DNA of 64,000 nt, taken from IMG/VR virus record IMGVR_UViG_3300037067_011041, positions 32,001 through 96,000 of that record; one strand, given 5' to 3'. The notes under the pieces were generated by a model that saw nothing but the letters and a program-made list of their open reading frames with translations, did not search any database and was not told the DNA's origin. The position numbers and the translations under genes are program-made. Below, in pieces: positions 40,226-50,815 of this stretch (its first letter is position 1; each line of letters opens with the position of its first letter). The stretch comes from a virus. Taxonomy: Duplodnaviria; Caudoviricetes.

Positions 40226-40690
40226 ATGCGTTTGTGGTTTGCATGCTTGTTGCTTGTTGCGTTGAACTTTGGCACGTGGTTTTGTCTGGCCAACAATGAA
40301 GCCAGTGTACAGCGATGGCAACGCCGCGTAGCGACGGCTGACGCCGTTATCGCATGGAACGAGGAGATCGCCTTTGCCAACGAGTACGCACAGAACTGCT
40401 ACGAAGCGGTCCGCATGCTGGCCACAGAGAATGGCCTTCTGTGCGAACGGGAAGCGGCGACGGTTAAGACCATCGCAGCTTTCGAGGAAGAAAGCCTGAA
40501 GTTGAAGTCTTCGCTCGACGATGCCGTCGACCGGCTACAGAAGCAGGAAAAGACCATCAACGATCTGATTGAAGAGAACGAAAATCTCACCTGGAAGATT
40601 GAAGTTCTTGAATCAAACAAGAAAGCGTCCATCGGCCTGAACACTCGTGCGGCCGGTGCTGCTGTGACCCTCTTGCATTTCCTTTTTTGA
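40226..40690 (+). CDS. Signal-anchored coiled-coil protein
   Basis: Hydrophobic N-terminus, heptad-rich body. Confidence 0.6.
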   Translation: MRLWFACLLLVALNFGTWFCLANNEASVQRWQRRVATADAVIAWNEEIAFANEYAQNCYEAVRMLATENGLLCEREAATVKTIAAFEEESLKLKSSLDDAVDRLQKQEKTINDLIEENENLTWKIEVLESNKKASIGLNTRAAGAAVTLLHFLF

Positions 40691-40697
40691 GGCCCCA

Positions 40698-41093
40698 ATG
40701 AATCTGACAGAAATTCCCTCACTGGCCCCGGCACTTGATAAGAAGCTGAAGAAAGCTGACATCAAAATCAAGGCAGGCAAAATCACATCGTTGGACGGGA
40801 GGTTCTTCGCGAATTTCTCTATCCCCTCGGTGGCCTTAGCCAGCATGTCGGCAGACGAGGTGTTCCTCAACTACCTGAGGCCCGCTGTTGAAGAAATCGG
40901 CAATCGAATCATTTCGTACGCCGATGGCAGCCCGCTTTGCACGAAGGCTCTTGCCCTGCCAGGAAAAGACTCGGCCGTGGTGGGCTTCAGATGTTTCAAG
41001 GGCATGGTCCCGGTAAACGTCTACATCGCGAGGCGAGTCGATCCGGATCGGCATCAATTCATCATCGATACAATTGTTCAAAAGGTGGCCTAA
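40698..41093 (+). CDS. Hypothetical protein
   Basis: GAGG RBS; TAATG coupling. Confidence 0.6.
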   Translation: MNLTEIPSLAPALDKKLKKADIKIKAGKITSLDGRFFANFSIPSVALASMSADEVFLNYLRPAVEEIGNRIISYADGSPLCTKALALPGKDSAVVGFRCFKGMVPVNVYIARRVDPDRHQFIIDTIVQKVA

Positions 41094-42184
41094 TGGCACG
41101 ACGAGAATTTCTTCAACTCGCTGACAAATTCAATCCGGAAAAGCACAATCCGGCTGGCATGTTCATCTCGGAGAAACTCGACGGCACACGAGTGTTCTGG
41201 GACGGCGGCATTTCTCGGGGGCTTATGACCGACGCTGTGCCGTGGGCTAGCGTAACCAACCCGAAGACCGGCCTGCGAAAAGACAAGATCAAGACCTATT
41301 CCACTGGCCTGTGGTCCCGGTACGGCAACCCGATCATCGCGCCTGATTGGTGGATCAACCGACTGCCCACCATGTTTCTTGATGGTGAGTTGTTTGCAGG
41401 TCGAGGGAACTTCCAGACTCTCCGGTCGATCGTCGCCAAAGACGTTGCTGACGAGGAGGAATGGCGAGAGGTTCAGTTCGCCGTGTTCGGCGCCCCTTCT
41501 ACTGGATGTGTCTTCCAGGAGGGAGAAATCAAGAACGCGAACTTCCACTGCAATATCGACGGCACGAAGATCGAAGAGTTCATGGAGTGGCGGCACGCGG
41601 CCGGTTTCATGGATGAGTTCTTTTGTGCCCCGAACGGGTGCACGTTTGCAGATGAATTGTCGCTGCTGCAAGCGTCTCTTCCACAAGACGACATTGTCTA
41701 CTTGCACCAGCATCATTTGCTGCCAAACAACCGTGGCGAGGCCCTCACATTCCTGGATCTCTTCATGGACCACGTTCTGAATGAGGGCGGCGAAGGCATC
41801 ATGCTTCGCGACGCTAAGTCTATCTGGACGCCGAAGCGAGTCAAGACGCTCCTGAAGTTCAAGCCGTTCACAGATGACGAGGGCGTCATCACTGGATTTG
41901 TGTCTGGTCGGCAGACCGACAAGGGCAGTAAGCTGCGCGGCCTGATCGGGGCTGTGATTCTTGACTATCACGGCAAGCGACTCGAATTGAGTGGCTTCAC
42001 CGACGAAGAGCGGCGATTCAATACCGAAGAGTCGGCTGCTTACGCCTGGAACAATCCGGGGGTGGACATGCCTGCAAGCACTCAAGGCAAACACTTTAAG
42101 GTCGGCGACACGATCGAATTTCGCTATCGCGAGTTGAGCGACGACGGAATTCCGAAGGAAGCCCGGTATAGCCGAAACGTTTAA
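41093..42184 (+). CDS. ATP-dependent DNA ligase
   Basis: SEKLDG, LDGELF, GEGIMLR, LLKFK, C-terminal OB fold. Confidence 0.92.
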   Translation: MARREFLQLADKFNPEKHNPAGMFISEKLDGTRVFWDGGISRGLMTDAVPWASVTNPKTGLRKDKIKTYSTGLWSRYGNPIIAPDWWINRLPTMFLDGELFAGRGNFQTLRSIVAKDVADEEEWREVQFAVFGAPSTGCVFQEGEIKNANFHCNIDGTKIEEFMEWRHAAGFMDEFFCAPNGCTFADELSLLQASLPQDDIVYLHQHHLLPNNRGEALTFLDLFMDHVLNEGGEGIMLRDAKSIWTPKRVKTLLKFKPFTDDEGVITGFVSGRQTDKGSKLRGLIGAVILDYHGKRLELSGFTDEERRFNTEESAAYAWNNPGVDMPASTQGKHFKVGDTIEFRYRELSDDGIPKEARYSRNV

Positions 42185-42197
42185 GGAAGAAGCACAC

Positions 42198-43374
42198 ATG
42201 GAATCCACAGAGAAAAGGTTTGAGCCGGTAAAGTACGATGTCTCCATCCACGCTGTGTGCGGTGGGTTCAACGTGGTCGTGACGGAAGACGACGATGAAA
42301 CGATCTTCATGCACCCTTCTTTACAATCGGCCCAGCAGCTAGTTGATTGCCTGAAGCCCGATGTGTGGGCTGGCGATCCAGTCCCATGGTCAGTATTCTA
42401 CCCAAGAAAGATGTCTGATGCGGCATGACAAGAAAGTCAAAGATAAACGCATCTTGCTGAAAGGCGGTGAGTTTCTTGCCGTGGTGGAATACTATCGAGA
42501 CACCCCGGCGAGAGACGAAGACCGGCCGGTCGAGCAGGCATGCGAATCTATCCCGGAGGCCCAGAAGTTCCTAGCCAAGTATCCCAGAGACATGTGGGTT
42601 GGCTACACGTTCACTGAAAGAAGCTACCGAGAAATTGACGAAAGGCGACCAAGTGGACCGAGAAAAACTGCAAGAAAACCTTCTGAGGATTTGCAAAACC
42701 CACTTCCCAGAAATCACACTGTGCCAATCTTTGGTCGCACGTTTGCTAGACCTGATCGAAGCGACGGTGGAGACGGCGACTGATGATGCCGTGAGTGAAG
42801 CCTACTCGGAAGGCTATGACTCTGCACTAAGTCAAGTGGAATCAAACGCAGACTATGCCAACCAAGGAGGCTATGATGAGGGATATCAGGTTGGCTATGA
42901 GGATGGACATCAAGACGGTCTCGACGATCGCGACTTTGAAGACGAGAGCTACTGATGACTGTAGTCAAGTGTTACGGCGGGCCATATCACGGGCGCGAAG
43001 CGACTGTGACGGATGGCAAAGGGCGATTTGAAGCCTTCTTTAGAATAGGGCCTCCACCTGTCATACGTACTTGTGAAGACTTCTTCATGGCCTATGCGCC
43101 GAGGCTTGATAAACCGGACGTCTACACTTACTTCATCAGCGAATACAGGCAAGTAGGGTTCACTGCCGCCGGGTCCGAAGTACGCCGCAAAATGTGTATT
43201 GCTCTTCTCGATGGTTGCGATTTGACATCAAGAGAATTTTGCGACATCGAAAGAGACATGGAGAAAGTGCCATGGAAATGGCTGAAGAAACCCAGTTTCC
43301 TTACTCAGTTCGATCAGTGGTTTGAATACACCCTTAATGAGATCGGCTGGGAACAACCCACAGTGAGGTATTGA
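42198..43374 (+). other. Hypothetical CDSs (42198-42428, 42418-42783, about 42653-42955, 42955-43374)
   Basis: Coupled or overlapping ORFs. Confidence 0.5.
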
Positions 43375-44225
43375 TGTTCATGTCGTTGATGTTGTTCATT
43401 ATGTTGGCTCTCGCGGCCGTTACGCCATCGTCTGGGGCCGAGATCCAGCTTGGTGAAGGCCAGCCCGATGACACCCTGGCCATACGAACGTTGGTCGAGA
43501 AGTTCGACTCACCTGACGTTGTCATTCGTACTGAGCCGACTTTGGTGGTTCAACCCGCCTTCGTGAACTACGCCCTGGCATGTGCGAAGCTGGACGGGGC
43601 CGCTCCGATTCTGGCTGAGGTGCTCGCTGGAGGGGACTACTCGCAGCAAGCCCGAGTGGCCGCCGCTGTTGCTCTGGAGGCTATTGGTCCTGACGCCATA
43701 GTCGCTGAACCCGCACTCCGAGGTATGTTATCCTCCCCAGAAGAGGGGGAAAACAATCTTGCTTGTGGCATCATCCGTGGCATCGGACCCGACGCCGTAC
43801 CGCTCCTGCCGCTCGTGCGTGCCCTCCTGAACGCTGACAGCTTCCACACTCAATACTGGGCCTGTCGAGCTATCGCGGCCATGGGCGAGGACGCCAGCGA
43901 CGCCACAGGCGATCTGTGCCAGTTACTGACCAACCAACCAGCCTCCGTCCGCAGAAACGCCTGCATCGCCCTTGGTGAGGTGGCCGTGGCCAGCCCTATG
44001 GTACCGGAAGTTGTCGAACTGCTTGCGAAGGTGGCGAAGGAAGACCCGGTCGCACCGGTACGCGAAGCCGCCGAAGGGGCTATCAAGACGATCATTGGTT
44101 ACTACCCATTTGGAGTTGAGGCGCCTGCTGATCCTACTTGTTCAACTGGATTGGATCGACAGATCGCCGGACGCTACCACCTTCGCAGCAGAACAACCCG
44201 GTTCTACCGCCGATCAATTGGCTGA
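43374..44225 (+). CDS. HEAT-repeat protein with signal peptide
   Basis: Repeats ARVAAAVALEAIGPDA, VRRNACIALGEV, VREAAEGAI; hydrophobic N-terminus. Confidence 0.8.
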   Translation: MFMSLMLFIMLALAAVTPSSGAEIQLGEGQPDDTLAIRTLVEKFDSPDVVIRTEPTLVVQPAFVNYALACAKLDGAAPILAEVLAGGDYSQQARVAAAVALEAIGPDAIVAEPALRGMLSSPEEGENNLACGIIRGIGPDAVPLLPLVRALLNADSFHTQYWACRAIAAMGEDASDATGDLCQLLTNQPASVRRNACIALGEVAVASPMVPEVVELLAKVAKEDPVAPVREAAEGAIKTIIGYYPFGVEAPADPTCSTGLDRQIAGRYHLRSRTTRFYRRSIG

Positions 44226-44252
44226 TTTCTGGCTCAGTTTGTCGTTTTCTGC

Positions 44253-44280
44253 TTGACTTTTTCTCTGGGTGTGGTATACT
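44253..44280 (+). promoter_or_regulatory. Class-I promoter, leaderless (ATG at 44287)
   Basis: TTGACT-N16-TATACT. Confidence 0.85.
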
Positions 44281-44286
44281 TGATAT

Positions 44287-44553
44287 ATGAGAACAGCTTT
44301 GATTGGATTCATCTGGGCAGTCACCGCGATAGACATTTGGTGCTGCCAGTGGCTCACACCCGACGCTGAGATGAATCCGATCGCCCTCTGGTTGCTTGTT
44401 CACTACGGTGTGTGGACCTTGGTAGCCGTGAAGGTGTTTGGCACATGGATTGTCACTGAGTGGTTGCGTCACCTTCGTTTCTTCTACACACTAGTGGTGG
44501 CCGGTGTGATGGCCACGCTGCTCATGATCCTGACGGGAGTCCTTCCGATATGA
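44287..44553 (+). CDS. DUF5658-like small membrane protein
   Basis: D...EMNPI...K pattern with three TM segments. Confidence 0.6.
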   Translation: MRTALIGFIWAVTAIDIWCCQWLTPDAEMNPIALWLLVHYGVWTLVAVKVFGTWIVTEWLRHLRFFYTLVVAGVMATLLMILTGVLPI

Positions 44554-45548
44554 GAGTTGTCGAACGGCTGTCACCCACCTTCCTGCATCTCTGGGAATCA
44601 GACCGGGAAGAGTGCTACAAGAAGTACATGTCTGAGAATCGGCCAGAGCGAGAGCCCCAGTCGCCTCCAATGGCGGCCGGTAGTTCTTTTGATGCTCACG
44701 TTAAGTGTGCTCTCTATCAGCACCTGTACGGCAATGACGGAGACGGCGTATACAACCTACAAGCCTTGTTTGAATCTCAGGTATCCAATCCAGAGATTCG
44801 CCCTTGGGCATGGGAAGCTGGCAAGTACGCGTTCGACGTCTACCGCACCTGGGGTTGTTACGACGAACTGCTGCACGAGCTAGAAAAGAGCGAGAAGCCG
44901 CCGAAGTTTGAATTTGAGTTGGCTGGCTCAGTGTGTGGCGTACCGATGGTTGGGCGGCCTGACCTTTGGTACGAGCGCGGCGTGCAAGTCGTCTACGACT
45001 GGAAGTTGACTGGCTATTGCTCGAACAGCGCAACGTCACCGAAGAAGTTCTACAAGACTTGCCGAGATTGCTGGGGCATGGACCGGGCCAAGCCCACTCG
45101 GGGCGGAGGAGAAGCAAAGGCGCACCCTGGATATTCTGAAATCGATCACTTCGGCCACAAGATTGGTGGCCACTGGATGGAGGAAGTCGACGGCAAGTGG
45201 GCGGATCAGATCGCTATCTACTCGTGGCTTCTTGGTGTGCCGATTGGCGACGCCAATATGGTGACAGGCATCGACCAACTGGCCTGCAAGCCTGCCCCTG
45301 ACCCGGAGAAGTGTCGGCACCCTCTCATTCGAGTGGCCCAACATCGCTGCCGGATCTCTGAGGCATGGCAGAACAGTCTTCGCGATCGTCTTGTGCACTG
45401 CTGGGGACAGATCCAGTCCGGGCATATCTTCGACGATATGACTCGTGAAGACAGCGACGCACGTTGTGAGGTTTTGGACATGGAACAGCCGGACACCGGA
45501 GACGATGAATTCTGGGCGGCGGTTAATGCAAAGGAATACAGAGGATGA
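44550..45548 (+). CDS. PD-(D/E)xK exonuclease (RecB/Cas4-like)
   Basis: LSPT, GRPDL, VYDWK, QIAIY. Confidence 0.8.
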   Translation: MRVVERLSPTFLHLWESDREECYKKYMSENRPEREPQSPPMAAGSSFDAHVKCALYQHLYGNDGDGVYNLQALFESQVSNPEIRPWAWEAGKYAFDVYRTWGCYDELLHELEKSEKPPKFEFELAGSVCGVPMVGRPDLWYERGVQVVYDWKLTGYCSNSATSPKKFYKTCRDCWGMDRAKPTRGGGEAKAHPGYSEIDHFGHKIGGHWMEEVDGKWADQIAIYSWLLGVPIGDANMVTGIDQLACKPAPDPEKCRHPLIRVAQHRCRISEAWQNSLRDRLVHCWGQIQSGHIFDDMTREDSDARCEVLDMEQPDTGDDEFWAAVNAKEYRG

Positions 45549-46000
45549 TTCAAGTTTTTGTAGCCCAAATCAAGGACATGGGATCGGTTACAAGCCTCAA
45601 TTTTCAAACACAGGAGTTTCCTTTAGACGTCGAGGAACTGAGGCCCTATTTCTTCGACTCAACTAAGCGAGCTATCCTGGCAAAGATCAGTACGAAACAC
45701 ATTGCCTTTGCCTGTGTGAGCATGAAGGATGGCATCACAACTATCGATGCCATTGGAACACATCCGCAATTTCGCAAACACGGCGTCGCCACGTTGATTG
45801 TCAACAAAGCCGAGCTAATTGTGAAAGGCAACAGGGTGCGCATCCTGGTCCCTGACTATCAAGTAGACGACAGGACCGATCCCTGGAACATTGAGCAATG
45901 GCTATGGAAAGCAGGCTTCAAAGCTGTCGGCTCCAAACCAGGATGCATTCGGTACAACCACGACTACGATTACTACATCTTTGAGAGGTTGCCTTCGTGA
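45545..46000 (+). CDS. GNAT-family acetyltransferase
   Basis: IGTHPQFRKHGVAT, KAGF. Confidence 0.8.
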   Translation: MIQVFVAQIKDMGSVTSLNFQTQEFPLDVEELRPYFFDSTKRAILAKISTKHIAFACVSMKDGITTIDAIGTHPQFRKHGVATLIVNKAELIVKGNRVRILVPDYQVDDRTDPWNIEQWLWKAGFKAVGSKPGCIRYNHDYDYYIFERLPS

Positions 46001-46590
46001 GCCTGCATGAGCCAGCAATCGAGAGAATCAAGAAATCGGTCGACGGCGACGGCTTCCTAAGCGTCTTCGAGGCCCTCGTGAATGAGGCAGAGACCATGGG
46101 AACGGAAGTCGGTCAAGTGTGTATGCCTTACATTGAAGAGGGCGACGAGTTTGTCGAAGGCACGTGGGTGCCTGAGTTGTGGATCGTTGTTCGGAAAGTC
46201 CTTCCTCAGTGAGGTTACCGTGTTCGATATTGAAGAGACAATACTCGTTGGCGTCGTCATGGTTCTCAAGCTTTTTGTGTACCTGTTCGCGGTCATGTTT
46301 GTCGTGGTTCTGGTGCCGCTTTGGCTTCCATTCTGGTTGCTAGGAATGATTGTCGCTGTCAGGTCTGGCGGCTGCCCAATCGATAACGATGCAAGTCTTG
46401 GAGGATAGGGTATGCGACTCTTCAACGCGTTACTGTGCGGTTTTGTAACCGGTGCTACCTTCTTCCTGGTCACCACAATGCCAAAGGAAGCAGGCGAGGA
46501 TAACGATGATCTCCAAGTAAGCTTTACACTGGGCTTCATTGCTGGTGTGGCATCAATCATGTCGCTGCTGACCTGTTCAGGAGGCGTCCG

Positions 46591-47325
46591 GTGAAAAAAG
46601 AACTCATCTGCACGAACTCGATCGAGTGGCTGACGAACCAATACACCCATTACCGTATGCTGTTCGGCGACCCGCCAGATGGCATCGGCTTGAAGTACAA
46701 CGGGTTCAAGGACAAGATCAGTCCGAAAGCCTACGAGATAATGTTGCACAACATTCTTATGGCCGGGCACGCGTGCTTCGACGTCATTTGGCTAAGTGTA
46801 AACACTCGCTGGTCCGCGTTGCTTGGATATGTTACCCACCAGTTTTTGAAGCAGGCAACCGGCTGGGAATTCAAAGCGTGCGTGCAGACATTCACGTTCG
46901 GGCAGCACTGCGAGACCGATTTCGGCAACAACCATCGACTGCTATACCGCTACAGACTAGTGACTGAAAACACATACTCTGACGCCATCCGAGTTCCATC
47001 GTGGAGACAATTGAACGGTGACAAGAGAGCCAATCCCAATGGTCGAGTGCCGGGCGACGTATTCGATTTTCCCAGGGTCACGGGAAACAGTAAGCAGAGA
47101 CGTAAGTTCTCTCCGACTCAGTTACACGAGGGCCTGTATGAACGCTGTATCAAGTCTTGTTGCGTTCCGGGAGATACTGTTGTCGATTTGTTCGCCGGAA
47201 GCGGAACACTTGGACGAGTGGCCGACCGATGCGGAGTGAATGCCCTGATGCTGGAAGTGAGCCGCGAGACCTGCGACGAAATCCTGAAAGATCAACCTGA
47301 AACCATCGAGGTGCGTAATGGCTGA
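46591..47325 (+). CDS. Beta-class N6-A/N4-C DNA methyltransferase
   Basis: GDPPD motif IV N-terminal; DLFAGSGT motif I C-terminal. Confidence 0.85.
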   Translation: MKKELICTNSIEWLTNQYTHYRMLFGDPPDGIGLKYNGFKDKISPKAYEIMLHNILMAGHACFDVIWLSVNTRWSALLGYVTHQFLKQATGWEFKACVQTFTFGQHCETDFGNNHRLLYRYRLVTENTYSDAIRVPSWRQLNGDKRANPNGRVPGDVFDFPRVTGNSKQRRKFSPTQLHEGLYERCIKSCCVPGDTVVDLFAGSGTLGRVADRCGVNALMLEVSRETCDEILKDQPETIEVRNG

Positions 47326-48793
47326 AGCACCTTATGACACCTGGGGCTATCATCTTGGCGGGTATGATCCGAGACCCGTTCCGTTACGACGTTATCTGTG
47401 CTTTCAGAACGAAGTGATCGTTGGCTGGCACGAAGATGAGTTAGTGCGGTTTGTGATGGAAAAACACCCCGAAGCAAGCCGTCTGCCTGCCAGCGGAAAG
47501 CACACTGCCCTTCCATGGGATATCGTAAGTGTGTTTGTTATCGATAATCCGGAAGCTATCGACGGCGTTACGACGGTGGCATACTTGTGGAGGGAGCGAC
47601 TCTGATGTGCGTTCTAACTAACGTCGGTTACTTCGGCTGCGAATTGCCTACACTCGAATGTAGCGAGTGCGACACGCGATTCTCAATAACCTGGAATCGC
47701 AACCCGATATACGACCAACCAAGGTACTGTCCGTTCTGCGGAGAAGAGATCGAAGTAATCGTTTGGGAAGTTGAGGACGACGATGGCCAGTAAAACCTGC
47801 CCGGCGTGCCAGAAGGTCCACGGCCCTCGCAAGAAAGTGTGCGAGTGTGGCCACGACTTCGGCGTGAAGACCGCCAACCATCCTGGTGGCACATACCCGG
47901 AGCCCGGCTCTCGGGTGCTCGAACACATGAAGGGCATGCCAGAAGTAGAACTAGGAACAGTCGTCACTGAGATGACCCCCACCGAGGAAGTGAAGCAACA
48001 GGTGTCGATTGAAGGTCTTGGGTACTGCATCTACACACTAATTCCTGCCAACAAGATCGAAGATCCGACGCTACGGTCCCTGTGGAAAGTGGCGCGAAAA
48101 GCCATGCAAGACATCGTTGTCTGGCTGAATCAACCTTGAGGAACAAATGAAAATCGAAGAACTGGAATTGCTGTTGTCCAACTATCCGCCAGAGACGAAC
48201 GTGCTGTTCACTCTTGGCGATCATATCTCAATGAATTACGTGCTTGCTTTCCCTGTGCCAAGGGAGACGATCATGTTGGAGTTGTGCAACTTAGATGACA
48301 CCGGGGTGTCGCAAGGTCTGCCTGACAACCTTACCGTCGTGGACAAGGATGAACTGGAAACGGCCCGCAAGGTGCTGGCCTTGGTCATTAAATGCCGCCG
48401 ACAAGACTTGCTGGCAACCAAGCTTGAAACTGAGGGCGACCCGGACGGCAAGTTGAAGGCTACCCTAGACCAATTGGACTATGAGTCAGACGAACTCATG
48501 GCCGTGATTGACAAACATATCGAGAGCACCCGATGAGCGAATACCTTGATTGCCGGGGCGTGCGAATCACAATCGGGGACGTAATCGTCTACCCGGTCCG
48601 ACGCAAATCAACCATGGTGCTGAAGGAAGCCACCGTATGCGACATTCCAGGGAAGGGTTGTACCGTCAAGAAGGGCCTCGTGGCCCTGAGTCCCGAAGGC
48701 AAGCGGGTTATCGTGTCACGTACCGATCGCTGTGCCGTCGTGTCCGATTTCAGCAAGAGGAGAAAGAATGGCGACGTACCAGTATCAGTGTGA
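47318..48793 (+). other. Small CDSs, several zinc-ribbon (47318-47605, 47605-47793, 47783-48139, 48147-48536, 48533-48793)
   Basis: Coupled ORFs, CxxC pairs. Confidence 0.55.
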
Positions 48794-48977
48794 GTGTGGC
48801 GAAGTGATCGAGCGGGACTTCCCGATTGCCGAGAGAAAGCAGCGGGTGAAATGCCCGGTGTGTGGGAAAATGGCCGACCGGGCTATTCTCTCGTGCCCGG
48901 CCGCGATATGCCGTTACAGCCTCATTGAAAGGAATCTCGGAAACCCGCGAGTAAACCGGGGAAAGGGTCGCCGATAA
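48768..48977 (+). CDS. FmdB-like zinc-ribbon protein
   Basis: MATYQYQCECG...CPVCG; GAGGAG RBS. Confidence 0.75.
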   Translation: MATYQYQCECGEVIERDFPIAERKQRVKCPVCGKMADRAILSCPAAICRYSLIERNLGNPRVNRGKGRR

Positions 48978-49783
48978 TGCTCAATCGACTTCGCAACACC
49001 AGATGCTATTTGTGCGGCGCGATGGACCGGGTACGCGATGGCGGCGTCGAATGGCGAGCCCGGATTCAATCCTCGCTCTCGCACCTCGGAATCAATTGGC
49101 TTGACCCCTGCAACAAGCCGATTGATATTGGGATCGAGGACATGGAAAACAGGGCCCTTCGTCGCGAATACAAACAGAAGGGCCTGTGGGACAAAGTCTA
49201 CGATCTGATGCACCCTGTGCGTTGCGTAGATCTCCGTATGGTCGATGTATGTGACTTCGTCGTCGTGCTTATCGACGTCAGCATACACGCCTGTGGAACG
49301 TACGAGGAAATCTTCTGGGCCAATCGACAGAAGAAGCCAGTGTTCGTCATGGTGGCTGATGACAAGGTGAACATCCCTGACTGGCTGGTGGCCACCCTTC
49401 CTCATGAGTATTTCCACGACTCATGGGAAGAGCTATTCGCGCACATTGAGAAAGTGGACCACGACCCCGCATTTGTTGACAATTACCGCCGTTGGTATTT
49501 CTTCAACTGGACAGGGGACACCGACACCAAGCTTGAGTTCAAGGACTCGTATCGGTCTCCGGTATTTCATCCGGACCCGAGCCGCCGTCTACGAACGTTG
49601 GTTAAGTCTGTCGGCTGGGAGACGTTCTCCATGCTGCTAACATTTCTCATTTCGTACCTTGTTGTAGGTGACACCCGAGAGGCAAGCGAATTGACAGGCA
49701 TCTTGTTCGGACTGAAAGTGTTCTGCCTTTACGGTTACGAACGCCTGTGGCACAAAATCAGATGGGGTAAATATGCTGTATAG
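48977..49783 (+). CDS. Nucleoside 2-deoxyribosyltransferase-like domain fused to DUF2061-like membrane domain
   Basis: YLCGAM, DLRMVDVCD, GTYEEI; C-terminal RTLVKSVGW...YERLWHKIRWG. Confidence 0.75.
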   Translation: MLNRLRNTRCYLCGAMDRVRDGGVEWRARIQSSLSHLGINWLDPCNKPIDIGIEDMENRALRREYKQKGLWDKVYDLMHPVRCVDLRMVDVCDFVVVLIDVSIHACGTYEEIFWANRQKKPVFVMVADDKVNIPDWLVATLPHEYFHDSWEELFAHIEKVDHDPAFVDNYRRWYFFNWTGDTDTKLEFKDSYRSPVFHPDPSRRLRTLVKSVGWETFSMLLTFLISYLVVGDTREASELTGILFGLKVFCLYGYERLWHKIRWGKYAV

Positions 49784-50270
49784 CAATGAAATCCGCATGT
49801 TGATGCGTTCAGCCTATGGGGCGGCCATAAACTCTGATGACAGGGTCACCAAAAACGGAGCCGCCATCATCAACAGTGGAGGAGACGTCCTGGTTCGCGG
49901 TTGGAACCATTTTGTCGACGGCTGGGGCGACGATGAAGCCCACCATGAGAGGCCGTTCAAATACAGTGTGACAGAGCACGCTGAAAGGGACGTGATCTAT
50001 AAAGCTGCCAACGTTGGCGTTGCATGTCAAGGAAAAACCATGATAGCCAACTGGGTTGCTTGCCCTGAATGTGCAAGAGCCATCAAATTGGCCGGTATCA
50101 AGCTTGTGATCTGTCACAAGGAATGCATGGATAGGACGCCCGATAGATGGGCCGAGATGGTAGCCCTTGGATTGTCGATACTAAAGAAGGGCGGCGTGGA
50201 ACTCGTTCAATGGAGCGGCAAGGTTGACCGAGTACAGAACCTTAACAACGGAGAGATCTGGGAACCATGA
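49773..50270 (+). CDS. dCMP deaminase
   Basis: HAE and ACPECARAI zinc motifs. Confidence 0.88.
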   Translation: MLYSNEIRMLMRSAYGAAINSDDRVTKNGAAIINSGGDVLVRGWNHFVDGWGDDEAHHERPFKYSVTEHAERDVIYKAANVGVACQGKTMIANWVACPECARAIKLAGIKLVICHKECMDRTPDRWAEMVALGLSILKKGGVELVQWSGKVDRVQNLNNGEIWEP

Positions 50271-50815
50271 TCGGAGCAATCATTTACTCTGTGCTGGTGA
50301 TTTTGGTATTGGCGTGGTCGCGGGCATCGGCGATCAGCGCCGATTCAAAATGGCAGAAAAAGCTTCGGCTCGTTGAGGAGCAGCTAAAGAAGGCCAACAC
50401 GCCTGTACTGTACAACAAGTACCCTGAGTTTGATGAGCAAGTGCCGCTGGGCCTTGTAAGCGGTCACATCACACGCCAACTTGATGAGCCAAGCGATCAT
50501 GGCTTGAAGAAGTTGTATGAGTCATTGTTGGAAGACAACGACAATGTCAGCAAGCTGACAGTTTTCCTTGACACAGAGTATGGCACCTTTGTACGTACAC
50601 TTGAGAAAGATGCCTTCAGGGATGTCAAGGTAGACGACTCGTCCGCGCACGTGCACACTAAATGGGCTCCTATACACTGCGGTAAAGCATGCACAGTAAA
50701 TGGATACATTGTGTTCCAAGACTCAATCTTGAAATACTTTGCCAGCGACATTGACATGCATCCTGGGGACGTTCTAAACTTATCGTATACGTTGAATCCA
50801 AAGGACGTTGAATGA
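50267..50815 (+). CDS. Membrane-anchored hypothetical protein
   Basis: N-terminal TM segment; ATGA coupling. Confidence 0.55.
   Translation: MIGAIIYSVLVILVLAWSRASAISADSKWQKKLRLVEEQLKKANTPVLYNKYPEFDEQVPLGLVSGHITRQLDEPSDHGLKKLYESLLEDNDNVSKLTVFLDTEYGTFVRTLEKDAFRDVKVDDSSAHVHTKWAPIHCGKACTVNGYIVFQDSILKYFASDIDMHPGDVLNLSYTLNPKDVE

Noticed and set aside
25999-42310. Long antisense ORFs (25999-26970, 34367-35131, 41090-42310; also 2050-2808, 3457-4332, 11532-12482)
   Set aside because: Shadows of well-supported genes caused by codon bias
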